A stretch of 63,532 nt of DNA, the filler included. It is 4 parts of 4 records of this genome, joined end to end, with 100 filler letters (N's around TTAATTAATTAA, not from the genome) between each part and the next. Parts side by side here need not be neighbours in the genome. Positions count along the whole stretch, not along the records: positions 1 to 24,520 come from SRR31156797_2433; positions 24,621 to 39,760 come from SRR31156797_2447; 2 more parts are not named here. The stretch is one strand, 5' to 3'. Below, piece after piece: positions 20,250-30,803 of the stretch (positions are counted from its first letter, which is position 1; each line of letters starts with the position of its first letter). A model generated the notes under the pieces. The model was given only the letters and a program-made list of their open reading frames with translations, was not told the origin of the DNA and made no database searches. The translations under genes were made by a program, and so were the position numbers.

Positions 20250-21518
20250 ATGAATGCAGAAATCATAACCATTGGCGACGAATTACTGATCGGGCAGGTA
20301 ATCGATACCAACTCCGCCTGGATTGCCGAACAACTAAACCTTGTGGGTATTGGTGTTGCCCAGATTACCAGCATTTCAGATGACCGGGAACACATCCTGA
20401 AAACGCTGGATGATGCATCTAAAAGGGCCAGCCTGGTTTTGATAACCGGCGGGCTGGGGCCAACAAAGGATGACATTACCAAACACACTCTGTGCGAATA
20501 TTTTAACACGGAGTTGGTGTTTCATGAGCCTTCTTATCAAAATGTTGTGAACCTGTTTGGTGCGCGGGGTTTCAATGTAACGAGGGTTAACTGCAAACAA
20601 GCTGAAGTACCCGCCAATTGCATTCCATTGCTCAACAAAAACGGCACGGCGCCGGGCATGTGGTTCGAACAGGAAGGAGTGATTTATGTGTCGATGCCGG
20701 GCGTTCCATTTGAAATGAAGCCGCTGATGACCGGGGAGATTCTACCCAGAATCGCCAAAAAATTAAACACCACTTTCATCAAACATATTACAGTTTTAAC
20801 GCATGGTGTGGGTGAATCGAAACTGGCCGAGATCATTGATAAATGGGAAAGTGACCTGCCTGAAAATATGAAACTGGCCTACCTGCCACAGCCCGGAATC
20901 GTTAGGTTAAGGATCACTGCTACCGGCCCGCAAAAAGCTGAGTTGAAATCGCTGCTGGAAGACCAGGTTAAGGAACTTAAATTGATCATCCCCGACCTGA
21001 TCTTTGGTTATAAAGATGATACCCTTGAACTGGTAGTTGGAAAACTACTCCGCAATAATCAGCTCACCCTTTCAACAGCCGAGAGTTGCACGGGTGGCTA
21101 TATCGCCCATCTGATCACCAGCATTGCGGGAAGCTCCGATTATTTTGTGGGCTCTACCATCTCATACAGCAACCAGGTAAAAATTGATGAGCTGGGCGTA
21201 AAGCCTGATGACCTTGAAATGCATGGAGCAGTAAGTAAATCTGTTGTGGAACAAATGGCACTGGGTGCTCAGAAAAAATTCAAGACTGATTATTCACTGG
21301 CAGTTTCCGGAATTGCCGGCCCGGACGGGGGAACTGAGGAAAAACCTGTTGGTACCGTTTGGATCGCGATGGCAGCTCCTGAAAAAGTGGTTTCAAAGAA
21401 ATTTCTTTTTGGAGAACACCGCGGAAGGAATATCCGAAAATCAGCTCTGGCAGCTTTAGATATGTTACGACTGGAGCTACTTGATATAAAGCCCACCACA
21501 AACCATATCTCGCATTAG
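20250..21518 (+). CDS. cinA: Competence/damage-inducible protein CinA (MoCF domain + NMN deamidase PncC)
   Basis: IGDELLIGQVIDTNS, TGGLGPTKDD, AESCTGG, SGIAGPDGG. Confidence 0.95.
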   Translation: MNAEIITIGDELLIGQVIDTNSAWIAEQLNLVGIGVAQITSISDDREHILKTLDDASKRASLVLITGGLGPTKDDITKHTLCEYFNTELVFHEPSYQNVVNLFGARGFNVTRVNCKQAEVPANCIPLLNKNGTAPGMWFEQEGVIYVSMPGVPFEMKPLMTGEILPRIAKKLNTTFIKHITVLTHGVGESKLAEIIDKWESDLPENMKLAYLPQPGIVRLRITATGPQKAELKSLLEDQVKELKLIIPDLIFGYKDDTLELVVGKLLRNNQLTLSTAESCTGGYIAHLITSIAGSSDYFVGSTISYSNQVKIDELGVKPDDLEMHGAVSKSVVEQMALGAQKKFKTDYSLAVSGIAGPDGGTEEKPVGTVWIAMAAPEKVVSKKFLFGEHRGRNIRKSALAALDMLRLELLDIKPTTNHISH

Positions 21519-21526
21519 CGGCAATT

Positions 21527-22570
21527 CTATTTTTTCGAATTTTCATAATCTTTGATCAACCCCAGTGTAAGCCAGTTGGCAATGGCCTGGCGGTTATCCA
21601 CCACAAGTAGTCTTTTCTGATCCCTGTAATGATTGATGTTGCCCAACTCGATATAAGTTGAAACAGGATTTGCATGTCTTAACATATACAATCTTCTTCC
21701 GCTAACGGTGCCGTAATAGCCCCTTTTGGGCTGGTGCTCATCGTATTTTTCTTTGATGGTCTGGTAAAGGGTTTTATTCAGGGCTTTCCCGTTTTTGCTG
21801 TTTGGATGATGATAAAAGAAAATATCCACCTTCTGTTTTTGATATCTTGAATCCACATGCAGTTCCACAGTCCGCTCATACCTTCCGGTGTATTGTTTAC
21901 TGATTTTATTGATCGCATCGGCACGCTGTCGCAATCTTCTGGTTTGGTTAAGTGGAATCTTCAAATCACCCCAGCAATATTCATCCTTATCACACTTCAG
22001 ATATCTGTCATCGCGAATGCCATCATTTGGATCGCGTGTAATCACATAAACTGTTGCACTGTGTTCCAAAAGGTTGCGAGCCAAACGCAAGCCAATATCG
22101 TATGCATATTCATCCTCGCAAAGTGTGTGCCCGGATTTGCTCCCGACTGCACCCGGATCGGGGCCTCCATGCCCGGCAACAATATAAAATACAGCTCCCT
22201 GGAGTTTGCTGTCCTTAAATTCCACCTTTTGATAATCCTTGCCAAAAATCGGGAAAACACCGGTTTGGTTGCTGTTTCCCGAAGAAGTGGTAATCTCAAC
22301 CGGCAACAGGTATTTTTGCCCTGTTTTCAGTTGCATGTCTTCACCGAGCCTGTCTTTATTTAAGTCGATAAAATCGTTAAAATAATCTTGGGGAGGTAAA
22401 TTGTATCTGCGAAGCATCGAAAATACCCCTTCACCTTTCAAGGGTTCAGCCTCTTTATAGTTTTGTGCGATACCCGGTAAAGCAAACAGTATGGCCAGGG
22501 CCAGTAGAATTATATAATGGTAACCTGCAATTTTTATCTTTAACATTGGAATTAGGATTTCAACCCACAA
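21527..22570 (-). CDS. N-acetylmuramoyl-L-alanine amidase (Amidase_3) with N-terminal LysM-like region; start uncertain
   Basis: AGHGGPDPGA, E..Y, ELHVDS, ELGNI zinc/catalytic motifs. Confidence 0.88.
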   Translation of the reverse strand: MWVEILIPMLKIKIAGYHYIILLALAILFALPGIAQNYKEAEPLKGEGVFSMLRRYNLPPQDYFNDFIDLNKDRLGEDMQLKTGQKYLLPVEITTSSGNSNQTGVFPIFGKDYQKVEFKDSKLQGAVFYIVAGHGGPDPGAVGSKSGHTLCEDEYAYDIGLRLARNLLEHSATVYVITRDPNDGIRDDRYLKCDKDEYCWGDLKIPLNQTRRLRQRADAINKISKQYTGRYERTVELHVDSRYQKQKVDIFFYHHPNSKNGKALNKTLYQTIKEKYDEHQPKRGYYGTVSGRRLYMLRHANPVSTYIELGNINHYRDQKRLLVVDNRQAIANWLTLGLIKDYENSKK

Positions 22571-22760
22571 AAGTAATATTGTAGGATATGCCCAGTATGC
22601 CGGCCGGCTTTTTTCATCAACAATTCACTGTGAATAAATTGAATTCGATAATGAAGTGGAAAACCGACATTTAAAAAATTAAAAATATGTTTTGCCATTT
22701 AAAAAAATAATACGTTCTTTGCACTCCATTTTTGGAAAAGTAACTGAAAAACAGATAACA

Positions 22761-23000
22761 ATGGCACGTAAATGTGATATAACCGGTAAAAGAATGATGG
22801 TTGGAAACAAAGTTTCGCACTCCAACAGGAGAATGAAAAGAAGGTTTTATCCCAACCTGCAGAAAAAGAAATTTTTCATCCCTGAAGAAAATCGCTGGGT
22901 TACCATCAATGTTACCACCTCGATTTTACGCACGATTAATAAAAAGGGTTTATATTCGGTTTTAAAGAAATACAGGGAAGTTGGCACCTGCACTGTTTAA
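22761..23000 (+). CDS. rpmB: 50S ribosomal protein L28
   Basis: MARKCDITGK...GNKVSHSN...RRFYPNLQ; the true start is the ATG at 22761. Confidence 0.95.
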   Translation: MARKCDITGKRMMVGNKVSHSNRRMKRRFYPNLQKKKFFIPEENRWVTINVTTSILRTINKKGLYSVLKKYREVGTCTV

Positions 23001-23020
23001 GTCAGGCCCGAAAGAAATTT

Positions 23021-23059
23021 AAATGCTGTTACGGAACAATTCGTAACAGCATTTTTTTT
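23021..23059 (+). terminator. Rho-independent terminator after rpmB
   Basis: AAATGCTGTTACG...CGTAACAGCATTT followed by a T-run. Confidence 0.85.
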
Positions 23060-23139
23060 ATCCGCCAACACACCAATCAACAAAAATAAAAACCCCGGGG
23101 TTCCGTTTTTAGCTCTTAACACAGGCCACAGTTTTATTC

Positions 23140-23793
23140 ATGCGCATATTTACGCTGATAATCATACTTTTAATTGGAGGTAGCTTTTTGGCAGAGGCCC
23201 AGGATACAACCGCCTTCGATCCTGATGTTGTCCAGTTTTCGGGTGTTGCAGTAAATGCCAAAAACCTTGATCCCATTTCTTTTACCAACATCATGATAAA
23301 AGGAACCAGAAGAGGTACCATCAGTGATTATTATGGATATTTTTCATTTGTAGCTTTAAAAAACGATACCATTCAGTTTTCGGCCATTGGCTACAAGAAA
23401 AGTGAATTTGTGATTCCCGACACCATTTCGAAAAACCGGTATTCGCTTATCCATGTGATGGATTCCGACACCATCCTGCTTGCGCCAACTGTTATTTATC
23501 CATGGCCAACCGAAGACGAATTCAAGAAGGCTTTTTTGACCCTGGAAATACCGGATGATGACCTGGAGATTGCCAAAAAAAACCTGGCGAAAGCCGAAAT
23601 GAAAGAAAGGGCATTCCATATGAAAATGGACGGCAGCATGAACTATCAGAATTATATCGATCAGCAAACCAGCAAATTATATTATGCCGGCCAAACGCAG
23701 CCCATCAGTTTGTTTAACCCCTTTGCGTGGGCTAAATTTATCAAAGCCTGGAAGGAGGGGAAGTTCAAACGGGATAAGGATGAAAAGTATTAG
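23140..23793 (+). CDS. Carboxypeptidase-like regulatory domain (CarboxypepD_reg) protein
   Basis: Signal peptide; GTISDYYGYFS...DTIQFSAIGY; C-terminal NPFAWAKFI. Confidence 0.8.
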   Translation: MRIFTLIIILLIGGSFLAEAQDTTAFDPDVVQFSGVAVNAKNLDPISFTNIMIKGTRRGTISDYYGYFSFVALKNDTIQFSAIGYKKSEFVIPDTISKNRYSLIHVMDSDTILLAPTVIYPWPTEDEFKKAFLTLEIPDDDLEIAKKNLAKAEMKERAFHMKMDGSMNYQNYIDQQTSKLYYAGQTQPISLFNPFAWAKFIKAWKEGKFKRDKDEKY

Positions 23794-23843
23794 TTTTGGC
23801 TAAAAAATAATGATGAACAGCGAACCGGAAATCAAGCATTTAC

Positions 23844-24520
23844 ATGAATCATAAAACCCATATTCTCTTTCTCCTCCTGATATTTTTATCAGGTTTTCTT
23901 ACAGCACAAACTGAGGGCAAAGCAACCATTTCGGGCAAAATCACTGATGAACGCTCACGCCCGCTGCAACATGTGAATATTGCTTTGATGGGTGAACCGG
24001 GCGGAGCAGTATCCGGAAAAAAAGGTGATTACACATTGGAAGTCCCGGCAGGAAAACCAATCAAGGTGGTCTTTTCCTTTGTGGGCTTAGAAAGACAGGA
24101 ATTTGACCTTACGCTTGATGCCAACGAAGTAAAAATTATCAGCCCCGTAATGAAAGAGGGTTCCGAAATGCTGCCGGATGTGGTAATTGAGGATGACCGG
24201 ATTCGCAACACCAACCTGCAACGGATCAACCCCAAAGGCCTTACAACAATCCCTACCATTACGGGAACCGTGGAAGACCTCATAAAAACCCTGCCCGGTG
24301 TTGCATCGAATAATGAATTGAGTTCTCAGTATTCCGTCCGTGGTGGTAACTTTGACGAAAACCTGGTTTATGTAAATGATATCGAAATTTATCGCCCGTT
24401 TCTGATCCGCTCCGGGCAGCAGGAAGGAATGAGTTTTTTGAATTCAGACCTCACCGCCTCCATCCTTTTTTCTGCCGGTGGCTTCGATTCAAAATACGGC
24501 GATAAAATGTCGTCGGTGCT
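23844..24520 (+). CDS. TonB-dependent receptor (3'-truncated)
   Basis: CarboxypepD_reg domain then plug: LPGV..NNELSSQYSVRGGNFDENLVYVN...GGFDSKYGDKMSSV; runs into the linker. Confidence 0.9.
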
Positions 24521-24620
24521 NNNNNNNNNNNNNNNNNNNNNNNNNNNNNNNNNNNNNNNNNNNNTTAATTAATTAANNNNNNNNNNNNNNNNNNNNNNNN
24601 NNNNNNNNNNNNNNNNNNNN
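24521..24620. other. Artificial contig linker
   Basis: N44-TTAATTAATTAA-N44, giving stops in all six frames; composition shifts sharply across it. Confidence 0.98.
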
Positions 24621-24693
24621 GAGATGTATCAATAAGAAACTAAAACTTATCTAGGTAGAAGTTTATTATTTAAGCTTTACAGGAGGGGTTAGT

Positions 24694-25854
24694 TTGAAAC
24701 ATTTAGCAAATATGAAAGAAAAGAACAAAAAGAGAATATTGAAGGCTATCCATAAAAATAAAAAAGTATCAAAGAAAAAATTAGCATCACAACTTGAGTT
24801 ATCATCATCGGTAATGACGAAACTTTGTAATGAGCTGAGTAATGACTATCTAATAGTTGAACTAAAAAAAGCTGAAAATTCCGGTGTTGGTAGAAAAGAA
24901 GTTCTGATGGGAATTAATCACGGGATAAAAAAAATAGTTGGAGTTTCAATAAATCATAGAGAAACGAAAATAATTCTTTCTGATATGCAGCCTGAGATTA
25001 TTGATAGTATTGTGTTTAAAACAGATTTAAATTCAGATAAATATAGAGAAAAATTAGCAATGAAAATAAAACAAATACTCAATGAAAATATTATTAAACC
25101 AAAAGAAGTATTAGGTGTAGGCTTAAGCTTGAAGGGGATTACAGACGGAGAAAATTCACTAGTTGGTATATGGGGTAAAAAAGTCGAATTTAAAAACTAT
25201 TTGGAAACAGAACTTGGAATTTCAACAGTACTTGATAATGGAGTAAGATGCAGTGCTCTACTTGAAAACTTTAACTCGGGAGAGGAAAGTTTTGTTTTGA
25301 TAAAATATGTTCAAGCCGGAATCGGTGGAGCAATTATGAAAAACGAAGAATTAGTATATGGTGATAATAACAAAATTGCTGAGATTGGTCATATAATTGT
25401 TGATCCGTCAAAAGATTATTGTAAAGTGTGTAAGAGAAAAGGTTGTCTTGAGAGCATAATTTCGTATGAGAAGATGATCGAGAATGCAAAATTGGAGTTT
25501 AGTATTGAAGAAACACCTGTTTTATACGAAATATGTGAAGGAAGAATAGGGGATGTAAGTATTGATACTATTCTGGCTGCAGCAAAAGACGGTTCTATTA
25601 AAATGAATAAATTGCTGAGAAAATCAGCTTCAAAATTTGCTATTGCAATTATAAATACTTACAGTATTGTTGATACTAATAGAATAGTATTAACTGGTAA
25701 GATATTTCAAAATGAAATTTTTGTAGAATATCTGAAATCATTTATTTTTGAATATCAATTTGATAATTTATGGAATAAAATAAGAATAAGTGAGTTAAAG
25801 GAGTATCCACTTGCACCGGCAGTGTTAGTGCTTAATAAACTGTTCTTTAATTAG
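24694..25854 (+). CDS. ROK-family transcriptional regulator
   Basis: N-terminal HTH, GVGRK, GIGGAI, EIGH and C..C.RKGCLE zinc motif. Confidence 0.9.
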   Translation: MKHLANMKEKNKKRILKAIHKNKKVSKKKLASQLELSSSVMTKLCNELSNDYLIVELKKAENSGVGRKEVLMGINHGIKKIVGVSINHRETKIILSDMQPEIIDSIVFKTDLNSDKYREKLAMKIKQILNENIIKPKEVLGVGLSLKGITDGENSLVGIWGKKVEFKNYLETELGISTVLDNGVRCSALLENFNSGEESFVLIKYVQAGIGGAIMKNEELVYGDNNKIAEIGHIIVDPSKDYCKVCKRKGCLESIISYEKMIENAKLEFSIEETPVLYEICEGRIGDVSIDTILAAAKDGSIKMNKLLRKSASKFAIAIINTYSIVDTNRIVLTGKIFQNEIFVEYLKSFIFEYQFDNLWNKIRISELKEYPLAPAVLVLNKLFFN

Positions 25855-25933
25855 AAAAAGCTTTCAGCTTACAAAAGAATAAAAATAAAGCTGAGCTTTT
25901 AAGAAGTTACAAATTTATACTTTACCAATACAT

Positions 25934-25976
25934 AAAAAAAGGGCGTAAAGCGATATAATAATCGTTTTACGCCTAA
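25934..25976. terminator. Terminator between the convergent ROK and RpiR genes
   Basis: A-run, GGCGTAAAGCGAT...ATCGTTTTACGCC stem. Confidence 0.75.
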
Positions 25977-26000
25977 ATTATAGTTTTTTTAATAAAGGTT

Positions 26001-26843
26001 TTAGATAAATATTTCGTTTTCTTCCCAAAGTTCTTCTAAATCACTTAGTTTTTTACTTAATTCATCTTTTTTCCTATTTCCAATGATAGTTATGATAGCA
26101 TTGATAATACTTAATGGAGCAGAAAAAGAATCAATAAATGACGGTAATTCACTTGCAGCATGTAGTGCGACATCTGAATATTGAATAAGTGGAGAATTAA
26201 GTTCATCAGTTAAAGCAATAATACTTGAGCCTCTTTTTTTTGCAAATTCAAGTATTTTAACAGTACTTCTGGTATATCTTTTGTAACTTATTCCAATAAT
26301 CAAATCTGACTTTCCTATGCTATGAAGTTTATCAGTCATTGTATCAGCATTACTTATCAGTTCAACATTTCCTAACAACATATAAAGATAATAATGCAAA
26401 AACGAACCTAATGAAATAGCACTTCGTGATGCAATAATATAAATTTTTTGCGCATTTAATATCATTTCTATTGTTTCATCGAATTTTTTTGGATCAAGTT
26501 GCCTCATTGTTTTTTCAATGTTTTTTTTATCATTGTCAAAAATTTGATAGAGAGTTTTTTCAGTGTCGCTGTAGAGCGTATTAGATATTTTAAGCCTGTC
26601 AATTGTAGTGAGCTTTTTCTCCAAAACCTTTCTAACTTCCTCTTGGAATTCCTGATAACCCGAATATCCGAGGTTGTAAGTGAATCTTACTATTGTAGCT
26701 TCACTAACCTCTGCTAAAGCAGCTAGTTTTTTAACAGTTAAAAATGGAATTTGATTATGATTATTTAAAACTGCTTCTGCAATTTTTTTATGAGAATTAG
26801 TCATGTTGTTCATATTTTTTTTAATTGCTTCATATGGTCCCAT
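26001..26843 (-). CDS. MurR/RpiR-family regulator (HTH_6 + SIS)
   Basis: LAALAEVSEATIVRF..LGYSGYQEFQ; SIS domain IALTD...SPL. Confidence 0.93.
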   Translation of the reverse strand: MGPYEAIKKNMNNMTNSHKKIAEAVLNNHNQIPFLTVKKLAALAEVSEATIVRFTYNLGYSGYQEFQEEVRKVLEKKLTTIDRLKISNTLYSDTEKTLYQIFDNDKKNIEKTMRQLDPKKFDETIEMILNAQKIYIIASRSAISLGSFLHYYLYMLLGNVELISNADTMTDKLHSIGKSDLIIGISYKRYTRSTVKILEFAKKRGSSIIALTDELNSPLIQYSDVALHAASELPSFIDSFSAPLSIINAIITIIGNRKKDELSKKLSDLEELWEENEIFI

Positions 26844-26977
26844 AATATCCTACTTTCCACAAAATAATGATAATAATATATAATTTATATTCTCTTTGAA
26901 TCTACTATATATTTTAGCATATATAGGCTTTCAATACTATTCTTTTATAATTGAGAAAAGTTTTATATTAAATTATA

Positions 26978-27129
26978 TTGACAAAGGAAAATTAATGTTG
27001 TATATTTATTGCAAGAAATATGAAATAAAAATTTCATAATAATAGTTTAATGGATTAAATGTTACAGAAAACTGTTTTAATCCAGATTGAGTTATATTTT
27101 TTTACCCAGTTGTGAAATAAAAATTTCAT
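26978..27129 (+). promoter_or_regulatory. sigma70 promoter and two RpiR-type operators for the aminotransferase gene
   Basis: TTGACA(26978)-17-TATATT(27001); inverted-repeat operator (A/G)TGAAATAAAAATTTCAT at 27020-27037 and 27112-27129. Confidence 0.75.
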
Positions 27130-27175
27130 AAACTTATAAAAATAAAAGTTACACTTCAAAAGGAGATGAGGGAAG

Positions 27176-28540
27176 ATGGAAAATTTAGATTTATTTGAAA
27201 AAAGCCATAAAAAATCCGGTGAGATGTTTCACGAAGCATGCGAGGTTATTCCCGGAGGTGTAACAGCAAATATAAAATATTTTGAGCCATATCCAATAAT
27301 TATGGAAAAAGCAGAAGGATCAAAATTATATGATGTAGATGGGAATGCCTATATTGATTACCTGTTATGTTATGGTGCTATGATACATGGTCATGGCGAT
27401 GAAGCGGTTAATAATGCAGTGATCAAACAGTTGATGACAAATGGAACTTCTATTTTTGGGACTCCGCATCAAAATGAAACTGTAATGGCGAGAGAAATAA
27501 TTAAGCTTTTCAACGGTATAGAGATGGTTAGATTTACTAATTCAGGAACAGAAGCAACTCTTCTGGCGATTCGTACTGCTATGGCATACAATAGAAAGAG
27601 CAAAATTGCCAAATTTGAAGGGCATTATCATGGTGGTTTTGATCAGGTATTGCTAAGTGTTCATCCAAATTTAAATGAAGCAGGAGATGTGAAATCTCCA
27701 AAAGCAGTTAAGGAATCTGAGGAAGTTTCCAAGTATAATCTTCAAAATACAGTTGTACTGCCATTTAATGATCTGGAAGCAACTAAGAAAATTTTAGAGG
27801 AGAATGCCAAAGAGATCTCTTGTTTGATAATGGAGCCGGTTCAAAGTGGGTTTATTCCTGCAGAACATGATTTTATTAAAGGTTTAAGAGAGATTACAGA
27901 AAATTTGGATATAGTTTTAATTTTTGATGAAGTAAAAACAGGGTTTCGAATAGATTTGGGTGGAGTACAGAATATTTATGGAATTGAACCTGATTTGACT
28001 TCTCTTGGAAAAGTACTTGGAGGAGGATTCCCAATAGGAGCAGTAGGTGGAAAAAAAGAGATATTGGAAGTATCAAATCCAATGAATCATGGAGATATTT
28101 TAACACCCGGAGTAATTAATCAAGGGAAATCATTAGGACTTTTTCATAGCGGAACTTATAATGGTCATCCTACTGTATTAGCAGCTGGTCTTGCGACACT
28201 TCAAAAGTTAAAAGCAAAAGGAGTAATGGAAGACTTGATTAAAAATACTGAGTATTTGAAAGAAAGTTTGGAAAAACTCTATAAAAGATATAATTTACCA
28301 ATGCAAGCGGTTGGAATGGGAAGCATATTCAATATTGTAATTTCCGATAAAAAAATCAAAAATTATCGAGATATGAGTCAAATTGATTTGAAATTAAGAA
28401 AAGAGATAGATTATGCTCTATTCTTAGAGGGAATATATACAAAACCACTGAATAGATACTCTATGTCAACAGCGCATACATTTGAAGATTTAGAGTTTAC
28501 AATTAAGGCACATGAAAATGCATTAAAAAGAATAAAATAG
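27176..28540 (+). CDS. Class III PLP aminotransferase, glutamate-1-semialdehyde aminomutase-like
   Basis: IPGGV, RFTNSGTEAT, FEGHYHG, FDEVKTGFR, SLGKVLGGG, HSGTYNGHP. Confidence 0.88.
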   Translation: MENLDLFEKSHKKSGEMFHEACEVIPGGVTANIKYFEPYPIIMEKAEGSKLYDVDGNAYIDYLLCYGAMIHGHGDEAVNNAVIKQLMTNGTSIFGTPHQNETVMAREIIKLFNGIEMVRFTNSGTEATLLAIRTAMAYNRKSKIAKFEGHYHGGFDQVLLSVHPNLNEAGDVKSPKAVKESEEVSKYNLQNTVVLPFNDLEATKKILEENAKEISCLIMEPVQSGFIPAEHDFIKGLREITENLDIVLIFDEVKTGFRIDLGGVQNIYGIEPDLTSLGKVLGGGFPIGAVGGKKEILEVSNPMNHGDILTPGVINQGKSLGLFHSGTYNGHPTVLAAGLATLQKLKAKGVMEDLIKNTEYLKESLEKLYKRYNLPMQAVGMGSIFNIVISDKKIKNYRDMSQIDLKLRKEIDYALFLEGIYTKPLNRYSMSTAHTFEDLEFTIKAHENALKRIK

Positions 28541-28573
28541 ATAAATAAAGAGAAGTAAGTTTAAGTATACAAC

Positions 28574-29410
28574 TTACTTCTCTTCTATCATCATTATGCT
28601 ATTTTCTATGAATTGTTTTACATTAATTTTGCCTGATTTATCTGATTTACCATCTAATAAACTCATCTCTTTTCGCATCTCGGTAAAATCAAACAATGTG
28701 CTTCCATACTCTTCAAATAACGGATTCATAAAATCCTCAACACCTAGAGAAGCAAGTGAACGAAAGGCTTTTGCAATTACTCTGGATATTCTCTTTTTAA
28801 TAGTTTCAGCTTGCCCGTTACCAATTGAGTTATACATGTCAGCGAGAGTATAATCATTGCTTTGATTTTTAGCCCAAAGCACTGCTTCGATTAGATCATC
28901 GCAACCGATTGCTCCCACGAGGCCTAATTTACTATATAATTTTTTTAGTTTTTGTTCAGCTGAAATTTGATTAGAGTCATTTTGCCCAAGATCAACTTTT
29001 AAACTGCTTAATACATTTTCAAATTTATTTAACGTATTTTTTATCTGCTGATGTTCACTGACTTTTTTTATTATTGAAACCACTTCTATGACGTTAATAG
29101 GTTTTGAGATGAAAAACTCAATATTTTCTTTATAAGCTTTTGCAATCATCTGTTTGTCAGAAACTTCTGAGATCATGATAACACCTTGATGATACTCTTC
29201 TCTTATGGCTCTGATGATAGCCAAACCATCTTTATCAGGAAGTAAAAAATCAAGTAAAATTATCTCCGGTTTTAGTAATTTAATCTCTTTGATAGCGTCA
29301 GTTCCGTTTGAAGCTGTTCCCAGTAGTGCACCCGGGAAATATTTATTTACAATATCCTCTAATATAGTTACGATACTTGGATCATCATCAACAATATAAA
29401 TATTTAGCAT
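28574..29410 (-). CDS. glnL: Response regulator, GlnL/YcbB-like
   Basis: REC domain (IVDDD, LLDFLLP, FISKPINVIEV) plus YcbB-like C-terminus (RI.R....A..SLASLG.ED..N..FEEY...LFDF...G.INVKQFI); Bacillus nomenclature. Confidence 0.8.
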   Translation of the reverse strand: MLNIYIVDDDPSIVTILEDIVNKYFPGALLGTASNGTDAIKEIKLLKPEIILLDFLLPDKDGLAIIRAIREEYHQGVIMISEVSDKQMIAKAYKENIEFFISKPINVIEVVSIIKKVSEHQQIKNTLNKFENVLSSLKVDLGQNDSNQISAEQKLKKLYSKLGLVGAIGCDDLIEAVLWAKNQSNDYTLADMYNSIGNGQAETIKKRISRVIAKAFRSLASLGVEDFMNPLFEEYGSTLFDFTEMRKEMSLLDGKSDKSGKINVKQFIENSIMMIEEK

Positions 29411-30693
29411 AATTTATCCTTTCTTTTTAACAGATCTTTTGGAATGCTAAAACTAATTTTAGTTCCCTTTTTAATTTCTGATTTTATCTCAATTTCACCT
29501 TCAAAAAAATCATTTACAATATTGCTAACATGAGCAAGACCTAAACCTGTGGACATTTTACCCGTTTCAGCGTCATATTTGGTTGTATAACCTGATTTGA
29601 AGACTACATTTAGTTTATCTTCCGGAATTCCTTCTCCGTTATCCTCTACATAAAATATTACTTTGTTATCTTCAACATATGAACCGATATTTATTTTTCC
29701 GTTATTTTCTATGGCATCAATACTATTGATAATCAGATTATTCAAAACTGATATTGTGGAATAAAACTTATCTGTTAAAAATAGTTCGCCATATTTTACA
29801 GTAAACTGGATTTTTTTGTTTTTACTGGCAATTAGCTTAATAGTATTATCCTCTATTATATCAAAGATATCTTTGTTACTCATGAACTTAATATTTGAGT
29901 CTGAGTCAAAAACTGCACTCATACCTGTTGTAACACGCAGGTAATCTTTTTTTATTTCATGAATATCCTTTGCTATTTTAAGTAACGGAGCTTTATGTCT
30001 TTCATCTTCGGCCTCTTCATAATGATTATGAGCATAGGCAACCAGCTCCTCTATATTTTGCTTTGATTTTCGCAGAAAAAACAGTTCGGTTTTTAATCTT
30101 GAGATTAAAATAGTACTCTCTCTGTAGTATTTCTCCTTTTCACTAGCTTGCAGTTTATTAATATAGTACTTTGACCAGTAATAGATAATCATAACTGCAG
30201 TAGTTCTAAGGATACCTATAATAATAATCTGATTAATGATTGGGCTGAAATCAGAAATAGTCCAAACCTTTCTGATAGATGCCTCTATGATATTTGGCAG
30301 TGAATCAGCCACTAACAGACTCAGGAAACCGTTAAGTGGTGAATCCAAATTTTCTCTGACTTTGAGCGCTTCAAAAAAAAGACCAAAGAAAAAATAGTAT
30401 GATAGAACCGGCATAAACTGAGTTAAGACATCTAAAAAAGCAAGATCATGCCTCAGATAAAATATCATGGATCTAAATAAAAAAGTACAGACTCCAACTG
30501 CAGATGAGATAAGAATAACATTATATGTCCTAAAATATACTAAAAAAAGAGAAGTGAAAAATACAACTAATGTCAATCTAAAGCCAGTATTAAAAGGACT
30601 GATATAAAATTGCCCCATTAAAGTTGAAACTATACATATTATAAAAATATTTCTAATTCTCATATCGTTTGTATTGCTTATCATACTAATCAT
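29404..30693 (-). CDS. Sensor histidine kinase, GlnK/YcbA-like (not the PII protein GlnK)
   Basis: Multi-TM N-terminus; DIHEIKKDY, NNLIINSIDA, DNGEGI, GYTTKY..TGLGL; overlaps the response regulator start. Confidence 0.85.
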   Translation of the reverse strand: MISMISNTNDMRIRNIFIICIVSTLMGQFYISPFNTGFRLTLVVFFTSLFLVYFRTYNVILISSAVGVCTFLFRSMIFYLRHDLAFLDVLTQFMPVLSYYFFFGLFFEALKVRENLDSPLNGFLSLLVADSLPNIIEASIRKVWTISDFSPIINQIIIIGILRTTAVMIIYYWSKYYINKLQASEKEKYYRESTILISRLKTELFFLRKSKQNIEELVAYAHNHYEEAEDERHKAPLLKIAKDIHEIKKDYLRVTTGMSAVFDSDSNIKFMSNKDIFDIIEDNTIKLIASKNKKIQFTVKYGELFLTDKFYSTISVLNNLIINSIDAIENNGKINIGSYVEDNKVIFYVEDNGEGIPEDKLNVVFKSGYTTKYDAETGKMSTGLGLAHVSNIVNDFFEGEIEIKSEIKKGTKISFSIPKDLLKRKDKLC

Positions 30694-30748
30694 CCTCTTT
30701 TAAGCTTTTTATATAGATATTTTACTATATTAATAGTATAAATTAAAG

Positions 30749-30774
30749 AAAAAAGACAGTACGAATACTGTCTT
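30749..30774 (-). terminator. Terminator after the DAACS transporter
   Basis: AAGACAGTA-cgaa-TACTGTCTT with a U-tail on the minus strand. Confidence 0.75.
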
Positions 30775-30803
30775 AAAATATTAATTATTGATATCTTGTT
30801 ATT

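Noticed and set aside
24565..24576. TTAATTAATTAA as a biological repeat (also at 39805 and 57119)
   Set aside because: It is the artificial six-frame stop linker embedded in N runs.
27176..28540. Calling the aminotransferase hemL
   Set aside because: Motif deviations, RpiR-operator control and absence of hem genes make the specific assignment unsafe.
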